The position numbers were made by a program, and so were the translations under genes. Shown here piece by piece: positions 36,160-51,060 of a stretch of 60,051 nucleotides of DNA. A model generated the notes under the pieces. The model was not told where the DNA came from. It was given only the letters and a program-made list of their open reading frames with translations, and ran no database searches. Each line of letters opens with the position of its first letter. Within the stretch, counting starts at the first letter, position 1. This DNA comes from Girardia tigrina (Eukaryota), in NCBI GenBank assembly GCA_001938485.1, contig MQRK01243963.1:1-60051 (forward strand). The letters run 5' to 3'.

Positions 36160-37310
36160 ACATTATCCAAATGAAAAACCCGTCACCTCGACAACATCGA
36201 CATATTTTATATTTATCACAATTTGATTTTGCAGTTTCACATCTTCCCGGCAAGCAAAATGTTGTTGCTGATTTTTTATCCAGAAATCCAGTTTCAGCAA
36301 TATCACTTCTCCCAGATTCAGCTCTCGAGTTGCTTCAGTCTGAAAATCTTTCCAAAGAAGAGCTCGCTGATTTCCCAAATCATTATACCGACACTCATGG
36401 TATAACTTATGATTCTGTGGATCTCGGTGTCTGAAGAATCATCGTTCTTACCGGTTTACGCAGTCACATCTTCGAAACATTCCACAAATTGCACCATCTG
36501 GGTCGAAAAGCAAAATTCGAACTGATTCATACTCGTTTTGTCTGGTCAAACATCAGACGTGATATCAAGACATGGTTCCAAGAATGTACCGATTGCCAAA
36601 AACAGAAAGTAACGCGGCATATTAAACCACCAGTTATCAGATTTCCAACAGGTAATCGTTTTCAGATTGTACATCTAGACATTGTCGGTCCATTACCGCC
36701 TTCAAATGGATGCTCTTATATTTAAACAATGATCGATCGGAAAACAAGATGGCCTGAAGCAGTTCCAATCTCTTCAATTTCTACTGAAAATGTTGCTAGA
36801 CATTTTGTCAACACTTGGATTGCTCGGTATGGTGTACCTTCTCAAGTTATCACGGATCAAGGTCGGCAATTCGAAAGTAATTTATTTCAGGCTCTTACAA
36901 AACGTCTTGGATTCAAACACGTCCATACAACTTCGTATCACCCCCAATCAAACGGTCTTGTCGAGCGTTTTCATCGAACCTTAAAGACTTCTCTACTTTG
37001 TTTAAATACCTCTTTAAACTGGCATGATTCTCTTCCACTCGTGTTATTAGGTTGACGAAATACTTTTCATTCATCTACAGGGACTTCTCCTAGTGTTATG
37101 TCATTCGGAGCTGGAACAGCTTTCCCTGATGAGCTTTTTAGAGAAACGATTAATACTGATCTCGAAGCTTTACATGCCGCCAGAAAACACTTCCTCTCCT
37201 CTGATACAAACCCATCTTTTGGCAACTCTGTCCAGAAATTAACTCATCTGCCAAGTTCAGTGCTCTCAGCCAAGTATGTCTGAGAACTCCACCCCGAACT
37301 CCGTTCTTCT
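36160..37310 (+). pseudogene. Ty3/gypsy RNase H end + integrase
   Basis: PGKQNVVADFLSR; HHCC; VHLDIVGP, ITDQGRQF, NGLVERFHRTLK. Confidence 0.93.
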
Positions 37311-37322
37311 CCAAGGGGGCTA

Positions 37323-37585
37323 TGTGGTGATGTCATTCCTCATCACATTCAGTAATATTGAACTCCAATGATGTCAATTCTCATGACATCACTAGAGTTC
37401 AAATTCCGGTGATTTCATATGTCATGACATCACCGGAATGTGCAATTGCAATGTCAATTTCAATTGCATCAACTGACCCCGGGGGATATTATATAATATT
37501 ATTTTATAATATTATATAATATAAAAGGGGAAGATTTCAAAGTTTAATTGGTTATTGTACCCAATCAATATTTAATTCAAATATA
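37323..37585 (+). repeat. 3' LTR of the small-LTR gypsy element (3' end eroded)
   Basis: PPT aaggggg just upstream of TGTGGTGATG; follows the integrase. Confidence 0.85.
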
Positions 37586-37599
37586 TTTTATTAGACGAA

Positions 37600-37870
37600 T
37601 TTTTGTTCTTTACAGGTCTCATACTTGATGTTTTGAAAATATTTCGTGATTTGCAAAAACAGCTACAGTGTGATGATCTGATTCTACCAGAGATAATTAA
37701 ATTAGACCTTTTATCCAGGGCTCCCTATCGTGGTGGACAGGAAGAGAAACTACAATCCCAGGAAACAGAAACTCATTTAAACGAAAAAATAATCAGGATG
37801 TGATGCGCCACGAAATTGTATAATCAGCACACAATTATCTTGGAGAGCGGTTTCATGTGTAACAAGAAGT
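37600..37870 (+). pseudogene. ZNF862-like hAT transposase fragment
   Basis: LILDVLKIFRDLQKQLQCDDLILPEI. Confidence 0.4.
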
Positions 37871-38729
37871 ACTCCAAGACATATTAAATCTTGCAAACAT
37901 CAGAACTCGAAGCATTTTTAAGCAGGAAAGAAATTAAAATTTTGTTCAATTTCAAAATTTAAACGAAGCCATTCAACAGAGTGGCCTGATTGTGAAGCCC
38001 AAATGACAGAATAGTAGGAAAACGTCCGACAACATATTAGATAACTCATCAAGACTGAGAGGTTTAAATACATCTTCTCAACAGTCCAAACTTAGCTTTG
38101 TAAGTGATAAAGTGTCGAGTGACGAAATGTCCGAACACCGGTGTCAATATCATAAACATGTAACACACATGATTTTTTTCATCCGACATAAAAAAGCTAC
38201 CGTATTTCGTTACATGACCATTCAAGATTACTTGTACCCCTCAGTTAAAATTTCTTTAAAAAAGCCCTACTGTGAGGGAAAATTCGGAATTTTTATTGTT
38301 TGTATGCTGTTTAAATTGGTGAATCTTCCACCCAGATGGGATTGATATGTTATTGATTAATTATTTAAATCTAATGAAATTAATTTAATGAGATTAATGT
38401 TTAAATACTAATTAATTTGAAGTTTTATAAATATAAATTTTAATAATATTTTTAGTAAACAATTTTAACTTATTGAATTTAATATAATTAAAAAAAAAAC
38501 AAATGTTTATTTTAAAAACTACTGCATGCATTTTTATCCGATAAAATTTTGAGAAAGTAAAAGTTAATATTATTCTTATCTCATTAATTAATTTTAAGAT
38601 TTGAATATATTAAAAAAACACGTTAATCAAGAACAATGCTTCCAGTAAATTGTGCGAATGAAAATGATTTTGTTTGTGTTGTAAATAAATGTTCTCACGG
38701 AAATTGTGATGCTGCTTATACTTTCAATA

Positions 38730-39246
38730 AGGACTGAGTGCGAAAAATATTACTACCTTTAAATGTCTATAACTCCAACATAAATTCTCAAATTACTAAA
38801 AACTAATCAAGTAGGCTGTTGTTTGAATAAATCAAAATAACATTCATTTTAGTATTCATTTTTAAATTTCATTTTTCATGAATATGTCATCAGAAACAGG
38901 AAGTCGCGAATTAATTATTCGTTTATTTCAAGAAAATCCACAATCAAGTCAGAAAACAATTGTCAGAATGGCAAACGTTTGTCAGAAAACAGTTTCTAAC
39001 GTTATTAAAAACTTCAATGAGAACTTGAACGTTTTTAGAAAAATTGGTTTGGGAAGAAGAAACGGTTTTTAACGTACACATAATGTGAGGGTTAGGGTTT
39101 TGATTTAATAATTATTATTAAATCAAAATAATAATAATTATTTTGATTTAAAAACATTTTTCAAAACAGTCGGTATTTTTTCAATCAAAAATGTATTTTG
39201 AAGATAGAGGATTTTAAAGTTAGTAATATTTTTCTCACTCAGTCCT
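38730..39246 (+). mobile_element. Internally deleted Tc1-like element retaining the HTH N-terminus
   Basis: TIRs aggactgagtg.gaaaaatattacta at both ends, TA TSD; ORF 38878-39072 ending G.GR. Confidence 0.85.
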
Positions 39247-42200
39247 TAATTAATGCGGTTAGGATGATTACAAAGAATGATTTATTTTATAAAAGTGATT
39301 TTAGATAAAGAAGTGTTGTACACTTATAATTTGAGTAGACAATTCAGACTGTGTAGGGGGCCCATTAATATCTTATGGTTTGCAAAGGCGTTTCAGGACT
39401 GAAATATTTTGAAAACCGCTGCTCTGTATGAAATTATAACAAAAGTAATATTGTATAGGGGTAGCAAAAGTATTTTTTGGAGAATATAATTTATGTTCAT
39501 GATTAGATAAATATTTCTTATTAAATTTCTTTTAGTTTTTATTTTTCCTCAGAGAAATTTCAGTTTAGTCTTCGATAATAAAATATAATTTCTTTTGAAA
39601 AAAGAAGTGTCAAAAGAGGATGTTATTAACTACTGGTAATTAGTGAGTAACTTGTGCGCTAACATTTTATTTCAACAATAAATTACTCAAAGCAATTTAT
39701 GAATATTTTGACAAGAAAGATTAATAATTATTTAATTAATGCTCCCATTTTTTTCTGAAATTTTTTTTTTAAATTATTTTTTTTATTACAAAAATATGAT
39801 TCATATTTATCAAAAGAATAATATAATTATAAAAAGGGTTCTTTTCTTTCTATTAAAAAAAAGTCACAATACTGAAAAAAAATCGCTGATTATTTATAGA
39901 AATTCCTATTTTTTCAAAACGAAAATTCAATCAAAAAACCGCAAATCGTAATATTATTAAATTTTAAATCGCGGAAAACAAAACGAAAATATCAAAAAAA
40001 ATTAAATTCTACGATAATCACATCTTTTGAGTCTTAAAAAATTGATCTCATCAACAAAAAAAACGTTAAGACTAATGAACTATCTAAAGGAAATAATTAA
40101 CGTTTTTACAAATGTTTCCCAGGCAGCTTCGTTCACACGGGTCGGTCCGTGGGTGATCGTGTATGTGTGCGCGTGCTTGATATTCTCCCACTAATTACTC
40201 AACGACGGGGGACCTGTTTCAATTCATTTAATTTTAATAACAATCGAGAAAGTAATGAAAAATAAAATCGAAAAATCAACATTTATCATCAGACATGAAT
40301 GAGTCTGAGAAAAATGAATTATTCCATTTTCTGTCGTTCTGTAAAAATAGAGCTGCGCTACATCGATTTCTCACATCCAATGAGCTGTTCCATTCGCAAT
40401 AAGTCCAAATCAGCTTAATCACCACACACACACTAGACACACAAACAACAAGTACTCGGGTCTCTACTTATCACACATGGTGTGCGTGTATTAGTGTTTG
40501 TTAAATCAATATACTGAAATCAGGTCACTAGAGGCCAGGCATACACACACACTCATTCGAGTGGTAATAGAATAGCTGTTTCCTGCGTCAGTTTCTGTGC
40601 CCCGAGAGATTGCGTGATTCACTCCATCTCGGATAACATACACACACATGCACACACACTCACTCTCTCAATGCTGCCTCATTCTAAAAATCGAGAATAT
40701 ATTCGATTAGTAAATAAGCATTGTTTATCAATATTATATACATTAAATACAATTTTAAAATACATTTTACTTTTAAAATAATTTTAAAATACAATTTTAA
40801 ATTATTATTAAAAATTAATTATTTTTTGTCTGTTTTTTTTTCGAGTTTAAATTAGTCGACAAAATTGTTATTTGATTAATTCACAGGAAATACGTTTTTT
40901 TTTCATAGAACATGTTCTTATGAGTCATTAAGGTTGGATTATTAATAAAATTTAGATGAAATTTACAATTGGCTTCAATATTTATTAACGCATCGATTTT
41001 CTATTGGCAGACAAGGATTATTCGCAACCCCTGCCAATAGAAATGGCGCACAGGACCGGTGTGTCGACCTAATGGGTTGTGAGTAATGTTTATTAAATCA
41101 ATATTTATTATGTCAGACTTTTATTTTTCAGAAAAAAATTTTTAATAACAAAAAAATATTTGATATTAATAATTAAAATTTAATCAAAAAAAATAATATA
41201 TTAATAGAGAATAATAATAATTTTTTGATTATACTGTTCGTAAAAAAAAACTTTTCTTTAATTTAGGAAATATTATTTTTTTGCCCAGAAATAAAATAAA
41301 TTAATATTTTTTTTCTTTTTAATGTATAGATAAAATTAATTAAAATTTATTACTACAATTAGGATTTTTTTCAGATATTGAAAATTTATTATTTATAAAA
41401 TTTTAATATTTATAATTAATTGAAAATTCGTATAAAAATTTTTATTGATTATCAATAATTGTGTCTTTGGATTTCTTTGAAATTTTATATTTTATTTTTC
41501 TAGTTAATTAAAATAAAAAAATTGTTATTCTTTTCATTGTTCCTTTAAGCCGATAATTGTTTATTAATTATTAAAATCGAATATTTTTTTAATATTCGTT
41601 ACATTAAAATTCTAGTTTAATTTCTTGTTTATATAAAATACAAATTTTTGTTTATAATAATATTTTTTTTGTTTTATTAAACAGAAAATGGTAATGAAAA
41701 TATTTATATAAAAGTAGCAAAATTTGTCAATAAAAACAATGATAATTATTTTGTAAATTTTCTATAAATTATTTCTTTTTTTATACTGGAACTGATTTTC
41801 CTGAAATAATTTGTTTTGCAAGATAGAAATTTATTATATATTATGTTATTTATATTTTAAAGATAAAATCACATTGGTTTCTTGGATCTGTCACTGATCT
41901 GGATCCAAACGAATCTGGGCGGATTACTTTATAATATCTTTATTTGACTGTACAATCTATCTTTAGAATTGATCAACTTTTATAAATAATCAAACAATGT
42001 ATTTTTTTCGTTTTTTTTTGTTTTTTAATCTTTTTCTTAATTTTTATCTTGACTTTCTCAAATTTGTTTATTGTTACAATGTAGAGTTCTTTAAAAGTAT
42101 AATATATTGAGAACTTTTTTTGTGAACTAATATTTATAAAAATATTATTTTCACTACTTTTATTTAAAATATAGTAATGGTAAAGAAACGTAGAGAATTT

Positions 42201-42743
42201 TATCTTCATACCTTCATTCACGGTTGAATGGATGACAATGTACCTTTAATACGCTTGAATATTCGGATGACAATGTCATAAGAATCAGTAGTCAAGTTCA
42301 GCTTGTCAACAATCAATGACACGATTTCCGGTTTCTCTTCATTCTTCAAGTAAATTATGGAAGATCCTGAGTGCAGAAATGAACCGGACGTTATCTTGAT
42401 GAGATACATGATGGGATGAAGCCGGTTTCTCTCCTGAACGAGGGTAAACACAGGGGCCTTATTTTGGCAAGAGTTTTTTTCTTAAAATATATCACGTAAT
42501 ATCTATCTATATTCTATGATGCTTTAGTTTTTTTCAGTTTTTGCGATTTTGTATTTATTATTTTGACAGTCTATTTTTTGTGTTTATATTATATTAAAAC
42601 GTATTAAAGATAACATAAATCTTTGCAATTAACATCTTGTTAAAATCAAAATAATATCTGAATATTAGTTTAAATAAAAATGAAAACATAAAATTAATAG
42701 AAATAATTTTAATGTTTATTAATAAAAGTTTTTTTTAATATTA

Positions 42744-43180
42744 TTAGGTTGTTGCAAAAGTAATGCGGGTTTTTGAACGTAAACTTTAAACAAATGTAAC
42801 TCGAAACAGAATAAACTTTATTAATCTAAATTAAAACTATCAAAATCAATAGATTTTTGCCAACGAGAAACAAGTTTATTAATGCCCCTAGTGTAGAACT
42901 CCTGAGTTCTGGATGCGATGAAAGCGTTAAAAGCGTCTTTGGTGTCATCTTGGTTTTTGAAGCATTTTTCCAGGGTGAAGAAGATGCTTGAAAAAATGGT
43001 AGTCGGTGGGAGAGAGGTCCGGTGAGTAAGGTAGATGAGGTAGAGTTTCGTAGCCCAATTCATTTACCTTTTGAAGGGTCGGTTTTGCAATGTATAGCCG
43101 GGCGTTGTTGTGGAGGAGAATCGGCCCCTTCATATTGACCAATCTCGGGCACATATGTCGGAGTTCGTGATGCATTTTGC
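42744..43180 (-). mobile_element. mariner 3' fragment with TIR
   Basis: GPILLHNNAR, YSPDLSPTDYHFF, GINKLVSRWQK; TIR ttaggttgttgcaaaagtaatgcg. Confidence 0.9.
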
Positions 43181-43299
43181 CAAAATTGTTTACATATGTG
43201 ATCAGTAATAAAAATATGGCCTAATTCTTATAAGATAATATTAATTAAAGACAATATTTCTATAATTTTATTTAATATATATAAATCTAAATAGATGTA

Positions 43300-43880
43300 A
43301 AGACACGACCTGAGCCGTCCCGGTAGTAATAACAACCGATTTAAAAGTCGGTTTGACTAGTTGCCGTTCCGCTCGTGGGGCGTCCGCGGCACTCCCGACA
43401 AGTGAGGACCAAATTCCAACATAGAGCAATATCGACTCTTTATCGATCGTCTTCGACAACTTCTCACGGATTTTCGGTAGCGATAATCACGATTTCATCG
43501 CACAATTGGAATTCACGATCGCTTTATTCGAGCAAGGGACAACAGACAAAGAAATCGAAGAATTGTATGAATACGCGCACGCGTTTTTCGATCGGATTTC
43601 GTCACTCAAATTCGAGCGATTTCGATACGGTTTCTTCATCAGACAAATTTCGTTTTCGACCGTCGTTTATTTGGTACGCTTGTCGCCTGACTTTTTTTTG
43701 TGAAAAAACGATCGATGTCTAGGGGGAACGGTAAACGAAAAGTTTTTCGGATTTTTGTTTTTGAAAAAGATCGATGGAATTCCTATGGAGCTGATCGATT
43801 TGCTGAGATTCGTGAATGATTTTCGCGGATTGGAATTGTCATTTGTGATGACCATTTTAGAAATTAAGTTGATTTAATGT
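43300..43880. pseudogene. CpG-rich decayed ORF of unknown origin
   Basis: Plus frame open apart from two or three stops over ~185 codons; the in-register minus frame is also nearly open. Confidence 0.35.
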
Positions 43881-45057
43881 GAGACAAAAACGATTTTTAA
43901 AAAACAAGTCAATTTGGCATTTTAAAATTTTTATTAACTTAATTTAATAAAACAATATCGTTTTTGTATTGTTTTTTATACATTATAAAATAATTTTTAA
44001 CATAAAAATTAATTTTTTACATTGAAAGAAAAAAAATTTTTTACACGACAAAATAAGTATTTTTTACAATAAAATAAGTATTTTTTTAATGTTTTTGTTG
44101 TAAAATGTAGTGGTACTATAGATCATCGAGGGTATTCTCACAACTAAACGAAAGATTTCTAAAATAATGAAGGTTACCAATGATATATTATTGCCTAGAT
44201 AATAAAAGATACCTTAGACAATTATACAAAAAAGAGTCATACTAAAAAACGGATATCAAGCATTTTCTTTGAAAAAAACCATAATTAGATTAACACAATT
44301 AAAGAACCCCTATTAATTTAAGTGAATTAATACACAAATATAAAAATATATGACCTTTTGCTGCCTGTAGAAAGTTTTGGACTCGACTTTGCGTATGTTT
44401 TTTCTGATATATGACCAAAAACAGAAAGATAACTCATTTTTCCAATGTTAGAAATATCTAAATTTATTTTTTTCTTTATTATTTACAATATTAAATAAAT
44501 AGTTTGATTTGGGTTGACTTGGTTTTCTTTCACCAAGTAATTCCTGTTAAAAAACCTTAACGATTCATTAATAGTTTGACCATAATGTTAGACCATTTTA
44601 TAAGCAACATATTCTTGTGTTTCCTCACTTCACAAAATCGTCTTCCCAATTAGTATTCAACGGATTTCTTTCCCCTCCGTGTAAATGCTTTCCTCTGAAA
44701 AATATTAGTAGAATTGGTGAAATAATTATTTGAAGAAAACTTTCCATTATTAAATTGTCATTTCCCTTTCCTAATTTTACTCTCGAAAAGATTCAATTGT
44801 TTCACAGGTGGTCTATTCCCCATGGGATTCTTCGAATACGTTATTGAGTAAATACTCATTATTTAAATGTTTTGATAAAATATTTCATTGAAATCCGAAT
44901 ATTATTTTTATAATCAATAATTTCAACTTGTCAATTTTTCTAAAATAAAAATAAATATATAAAATGTAATTATATAAATTCAATTCTCACAGTAAAAAAA
45001 GAATAATTTAACAAAAAAACTGGGATTTTAAAGAAAATATCATTTAGAAATATTTAC

Positions 45058-45101
<44 letters not shown>

Positions 45102-45710
45102 ATAATGGATGTTCTCGAATGAACCATTTCCTTGAAAACTCTTGATAAATATTTCTTTCCAAATTGAAATTTTCAGATAGATCAACACATTTTCTTTTTC
45201 CTAGGTGATGGTTCCTCCTCATCATTGAGTCATCCAATTATCCCGTCATATGACCCGTTTCGACACTCACCAAACATTGGTTAGTATTAGAGTAGATTAT
45301 ATTTTCCACAACAGAATATTTTCAATGCTTTAAATAAAAGATGAGAATTGTTTTCCCATTACGGGGCACTGATATTATTTCAGAGAATATTCTGCTTTTC
45401 ATAAAATATAACTGATTCTTTGATCGGTTAGGGCGCTGTCGTAATTGGGGAAAATTGACTTATCCTTCCATTTGATGAGTCACGGAGAAGAGGCGCCTCG
45501 TCAGGTATAAAATTTTATTATGTTTAACTATTATTGGATAATTTGCTATTGGATAATATATAACTAATATTTTATGTCAATTAATATGGTAAGTATTACT
45601 ACTGCTCTTAATCATCATGATACTTCCAAAAATCCGATAAGACTATTTAAAAATCATCTATTTCTTTGATCTAACAAAAAAGGAATTAAAAAAATTAAAT
45701 TTGAAAATTA

Positions 45711-47126
45711 TTAGATCGTCAAGTATGAAATTTGTAGAACTAAAGTGAAAGTTTATTGATAATTTGCCACTACAAATATTTATGTCATTCATCAAAGTAT
45801 GTACCATATTATCGAAACACTTGCCATTTGAGCGGTAGATTGTTTAGGCTATTTGAATTACAAATTGGTGGGCGAGAATCTATAAATTCCCGGAAGGCCA
45901 TTTTTAATGGCATCTTTCGATATTGATTTTTCTTCTTTCAAAAGGTGTTCAAATTGAGGAAGAAATGGTAGTCAGTTGGGGTTAGGTTTGGTGAGTATGG
46001 AAGATGATGCAGAAGTTCCAATTCAAGTTCCTGTAGTTTTGTTGCATTCATAAGTGTAGTATGAGGTTTTGCATTTTCGTTGAGCAAGATTGGAGTCGAC
46101 CTGTTTACTGAACGCGACTTTTTTACTTTCAGTTACTCTGCATCATATCTTCTAACTTGTTGCAGTAGACATCTGCTATGATCGATGAACCAGGTTTTAT
46201 GAAGTCAAAAAGGATTTCAACTGCGGCAGATCACCAATCACTCAACATCAGCTTTTTTTATGAATATTGTGCTTTGAACTGTGTTTTGATGCTTCTTTCG
46301 TGTCCATCCAGCTTACTGAACGTCATATCAGATCCACTTTTCATCACAAGTGACGATTTGATTCGAAAAGTGATCACATTTATAATGAGAAAGCATTATC
46401 CAAAGGCATTTTTTTCTGCTTTTCATTCAACTCATGTGAAACCCACTTTGTTAGGGGTTCCTTTTGGTGAACTGTATATTTTTGATATTTTTAAATTAAA
46501 AATCATAATGTTTTATTGAAGTTAATTGTCCAGAGAAAGTCTTATTAAAAATAATTTATAATTGAATGATTTAAAATTAAAGAAAAAATTATTTAGGAAT
46601 TGAATTTTTACAGGACATGTCCATTAAAATATTTTTAAAGATCTAAATTTATATTTCAATTAATAAACATTGTAAAAATTAAAAAACAATAACAAAATAA
46701 AGTTTTGTGTTAATGACGTCTTTGATCAAGAACCCAATACACTTATCCAAGTGATTCAATATTGTTTGCTTTGTAATCTTCAGTTATTCATTGTTTACCT
46801 GGATTCCGCAGCGACCATGAGACTCACTGTTGAGGTTAAAATTATCTTTCACTAATTTCCTGAAACAATTTGAGATTGTCTGCTGCGAAGTAGCATTGTA
46901 ACCGAATGTACTATTGATGTTTCGCATGGTTTCTGATGCTGAGGTTCTACATAGGAACTCGTACTTCATTGTAGTTCGATTTTACGCCGTTCCATTTTTA
47001 AAATACTGATTATTAAAACAAGTTATCAATAATTTTAATTCACATTAATTGATGTGTTCATTTGCCAAAATATGTAATTTAAATTTATTGTAATCATGCT
47101 AACGAATTTCGTGCTTGACAACATAA
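45711..47126 (-). mobile_element. Decayed mariner with a nested insertion
   Basis: TIRs ttagatcgtcaagtatgaaattt / aatttcgtgcttgacaacataa with TA; MKYEF..TSASETMRNIN N-terminus; catalytic remnants 45800-46400. Confidence 0.85.
46452..46739. repeat. Non-autonomous repeat nested in the mariner; relative at 50178-51060
   Basis: Shared ggggttccttttggtgaact start, AT-rich core and gaacc(c/t)aata end. Confidence 0.6.
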
Positions 47127-48733
47127 TAATAGAAATACATTATATTTACAATATTTGATTACAAATTTAATTCTCCTCAGGACTTTAACATATCGTGTGC
47201 GTGTACATTTTGCAGGGAATTGTACCGGGAGCGGGCACTTTGCTCGTAAATTTAATTATTTAGTGAAATCTTTGTGGTTTCGCATCGACTGGTGCAAAAT
47301 CTAATTTTTATTTGTCTAAAATTTTCCAGAATCTATGTAGTAGACAAGAACATTCGGCTTCGTTTTCCTGTATACATCGTTATTTTCGTACTCACAAACA
47401 AACCATGTTGTTACACTAACCCGTACTAATACGTGACCCGCATACAATGTGGAAATAAGAATTGTAGAAGAACATTGAAAATTAAAATGGATCCCTCAGA
47501 TTTTGTGTATATTAACCCATCTCTCCTTGAAGAAATTTCCTTAACCAAATTGTTAAATCATTTCACTAGATTTACATTTGTGACAATTTGGTGAGTTGAA
47601 CATTTGACCAAAAACTTATTTAAATAATGACGTATCTCTCAGGGAGATAATTGACAGGGACGAAAAAAAGGCTTATCTCCCCGGGTGGGACAGTCAAGGG
47701 AAGAGACTTAATTAATATATTATTTCTTCCTTAGGTTTCGTAATATTGTAATTAAATTGGCTCGAATATGAACGTTCCTTTCCAGTTTGTAATCCAATTA
47801 TTTTGATTTTCTAAATTAAGATAGATTGAATTATATGGGTTTAATAACATTTATTCCTCATTACAGGTTTATCTTAACAGTTCTGAACACAGTTTATGTA
47901 AAACGATGAAGAAGTTGGAATGTTTTTATCACTAAAGAAAAAGTCAAATAATTATGGAATAATTTGTTTAAATAGCCGAAGACTAAATGATCATTAATTT
48001 ATTAATTTACAAAGATGAACACCGATATAAGTCTTTTTTTATCGAAAGAACAAAGATTGCAATATGTCAGTTTTAAAATATCTCTTTTTTCATATTATAA
48101 ATTATTCGCGAATATCTAAGATCCACATTGAAACTTTCATTATGCCAGTCGATTAAACTGCTTTAGTTTGACATTACCTTGGACCTTTCTGATCAGTCAA
48201 CACCCTAAGAAATTAAATTAGAAGATGAATAACAAAAGTCAATTTACTTATTCTTCCTGTATCATTTTATACTTTCATTTAAGCAAACAAATATTTACAA
48301 GAAAAGATAAAAAAGACAAATAATATTTCAATTGATTCACAAAATTAGACTTGTAAATAATTACGTGTATGATATATTGTAAAATGTAATTGAGTACACA
48401 GACGAATAAAAAAGGAGTAATTAAATTTTGCTCAGCTGAGTCATTAATTCCTCGTTGACTCTTCTGCAGAAGAAGATATGTTAGGCCACCGAGAAATTAC
48501 TATTGCTTATTATAGAAACTCTCTTTTTTGCGATATTAAGAAAAATTAAATAACATTTATGGAAAATTATATTTTTTTAGGAGGAAAGTGTATAAAATAC
48601 AAATGGAATTCTTCGTTCTTATTGGATTTTATTTTGTTCTGTATGTTTCAAAGACATTTAACCAGAATGTCGCTATAATATTGTAACTGAATTTTAATAT
48701 TTTCAGGTATTTCTTTACAAAAAATGATAAATT

Positions 48734-49185
48734 ATTGGGCTGTCAAGTACGATTACAATAAATTCAAATAGTTATCATTTGACAATGACTTATCATTTTG
48801 TTGTTCAAATTTTTGTTTGATTGCTACATATCTTGGCTATCGAACACATCAATTAAAATTATTGATAACTTATTTTAATAATCAGTATTTTAAAAAAGGA
48901 AAAGGCAGAAATTCGAATTATTATGAACTACGAGTTCCTACGTAGAACCTCACCATAAGAAACTATGCAAAACATCAGTAGTGTATTCGGATACAATGCT
49001 ACAGTGCAGCAGACAACCCTAAGTTTGTTCAATAATTAAAATATTCATTCAAATTGGCTCAACAAGTGGTCGCTCAAATGGCAAAGTATGTCGATAATAT
49101 GAGTACATACTTTGAAGAATATTTAAATTGGTAAATTATAAATAAACTTACTTTAGTTCTACAAATTTCATAGTTGGCGACCTAA
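48734..49185 (+). mobile_element. Internally deleted mariner related to 45711-47126
   Basis: 48840-49020 is the reverse complement of 46870-47060; right TIR matches 45711. Confidence 0.8.
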
Positions 49186-49559
49186 TATTATAACATTGTC
49201 ATCTTTGAAAATTTTCGAAGATTGTATCAGAAAATTAAAATTCTTTAGGTTAGATCAGTCCCTCTTAATCATTTCAAAGACAGGAAAAGCTGGGATAAGA
49301 TAGCTTAATAAATTGAACCACGTCTTTTCGATTTTGATATACTCTATAATCGATTTGGAATAGTGCATTTTTACATGAAACATTTCTCGTAACAGATAAA
49401 CACGCGTTACAAGAGTACATAAATACGGTCGATTCGGATTGAATCTAACTCATTAAATTAATTCGGTCATTTTTATATTATTTGAAGTATTATAATTTGT
49501 TTTAATGATTATTTTTTGTGATTTAGTAAATATTTTAAAAGTTGAAAACCGTCAACAAT

Positions 49560-50000
49560 GAAGTAAACAGAGATTAGCATTAGAAGACATGAACTGGAAG
49601 ACCGAATAAGAAGAGAAGAAACTAACCGGGAAGGAAGAAATTGAATTATAAATGAAATAACTACAAATAGGAGAATAGAAAAGAAAAGAAGAACAATAAA
49701 TGAAATTAAAAAGATATTTATAAACGAGATAATGTTTAGAGTACAGAGGGCATCAAAGCAAGTAATGATTCCTACCATTTAGTTTCTAGAGTTATGCCAA
49801 TATAACTGTATTCTAATCCCGAGAAAATAGAATTGTATCTAAAACACTCTGAAAGATGCGCTACTCAACGAAATCTAAAAAAGAAGGATGGGATTTTTCT
49901 AAATGCACTACTCATTAAATGTCCAGAGAATAGTTTCCCCGAATGCCGATAGAAGCATGATATCTCAAATGTCACAAAAAGACAAAAGAAAATCATTTAG
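49560..50000 (+). pseudogene. Possible gypsy gag remnant
   Basis: E/R-rich coiled coil followed by IELYLKHSERCA..W-like motif. Confidence 0.3.
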
Positions 50001-50177
50001 TATGGCTTACATAACTTTCTATGGAAATTTCAATTAAGCTGATTGAACATTGATTTATGGATCAAGTGATTTTATTATTAATCATTTATGTAGTACCCTC
50101 TCCATAAAAGTATTAATTTTTAAGATTTTATTTAAAAATTACTCCTATTCAAGCATCGCCTTTTGTGTTCATCAATG

Positions 50178-50609
50178 TTGGGGTTCCTTTTGGTGAACTT
50201 TAAATTTTTGATATTTTTAAAAATCATATTTATATTTTAAATAAATTATAAATAATGTTCGATTAATTAAAATGAAATAATTCTTTAAAATAAAAATCTT
50301 TTTAAATTCTTTAAAAAAAGAGCAGGCTCATTCTTTAAATTTTTGAAAATAATTAATTGTTATAATCTCTAAAATAAGAAAATATTTAAAAATAAAAGTT
50401 TTTAAACAGTTATAAGTAAAAAATATCTTAATTAATTTTAAAAGTTAATTTCATAAATAATTGAATTTTAATTGTTTTGTATTTATTTTAAGAGTTATTC
50501 GGAAGAATTTTTTGTTGAACTTTTTGTTGTCAGAGATGTAATAAAAAAAGATAATTTAAAGTTAAAAAGCAGTTGGGAATTCTGCAAATTAAAATTTGAT
50601 AAATAATAG

Positions 50610-50650
<41 letters not shown>

Positions 50651-51060
50651 TTTTATAATTAATGAATCTCTATTAAATAATAAATTTAAATATTGCTAAA
50701 TATTTTTGTATTTTAAATTTGTGAATTGTATTTTAAATTTGTAAATTATTTTTGCAATTTTTATTAAAAACAAATAAAAGGTTTTTATTAAAAAAAAAAT
50801 TTATAATCGAATGATTTAAAATCAAAGAAAGATATTTAGGAATTGAATTTTTAAAATATTTTTAAAGATCTAAATTTATGCAAAATTGAATAAAATAACA
50901 TATTTATATATTTATCGATATTATTATTTATATTTAGAATTTTGAGATCTGGATTATGTAATTAAAATTTTGTTCCTCATAAATTTGTTTCAATAATGAA
51001 AATTGTAAGAGAAATAAAGTTTACAAAATTATGACTTCCAATTTAATCACGAACCTAATA
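50178..51060. repeat. AT-rich non-autonomous element (family of 46452-46739)
   Basis: Shared termini and core; mariner-like end tttaatcacgaacctaata. Confidence 0.55.

Noticed and set aside
31067-37585. LTRs at 31067 and 37323 as the two ends of one element
   Set aside because: No PBS or gag after the first LTR and no shared TSD visible
42218-42451. Possible isolated exon
   Set aside because: No recognisable homology or partner exons
44150-45560. Decayed coding-like minus-strand sequence
   Set aside because: Family could not be assigned
47512-47715. piggyBac-like MITE starting TTAACCC
   Set aside because: Right TIR not convincing
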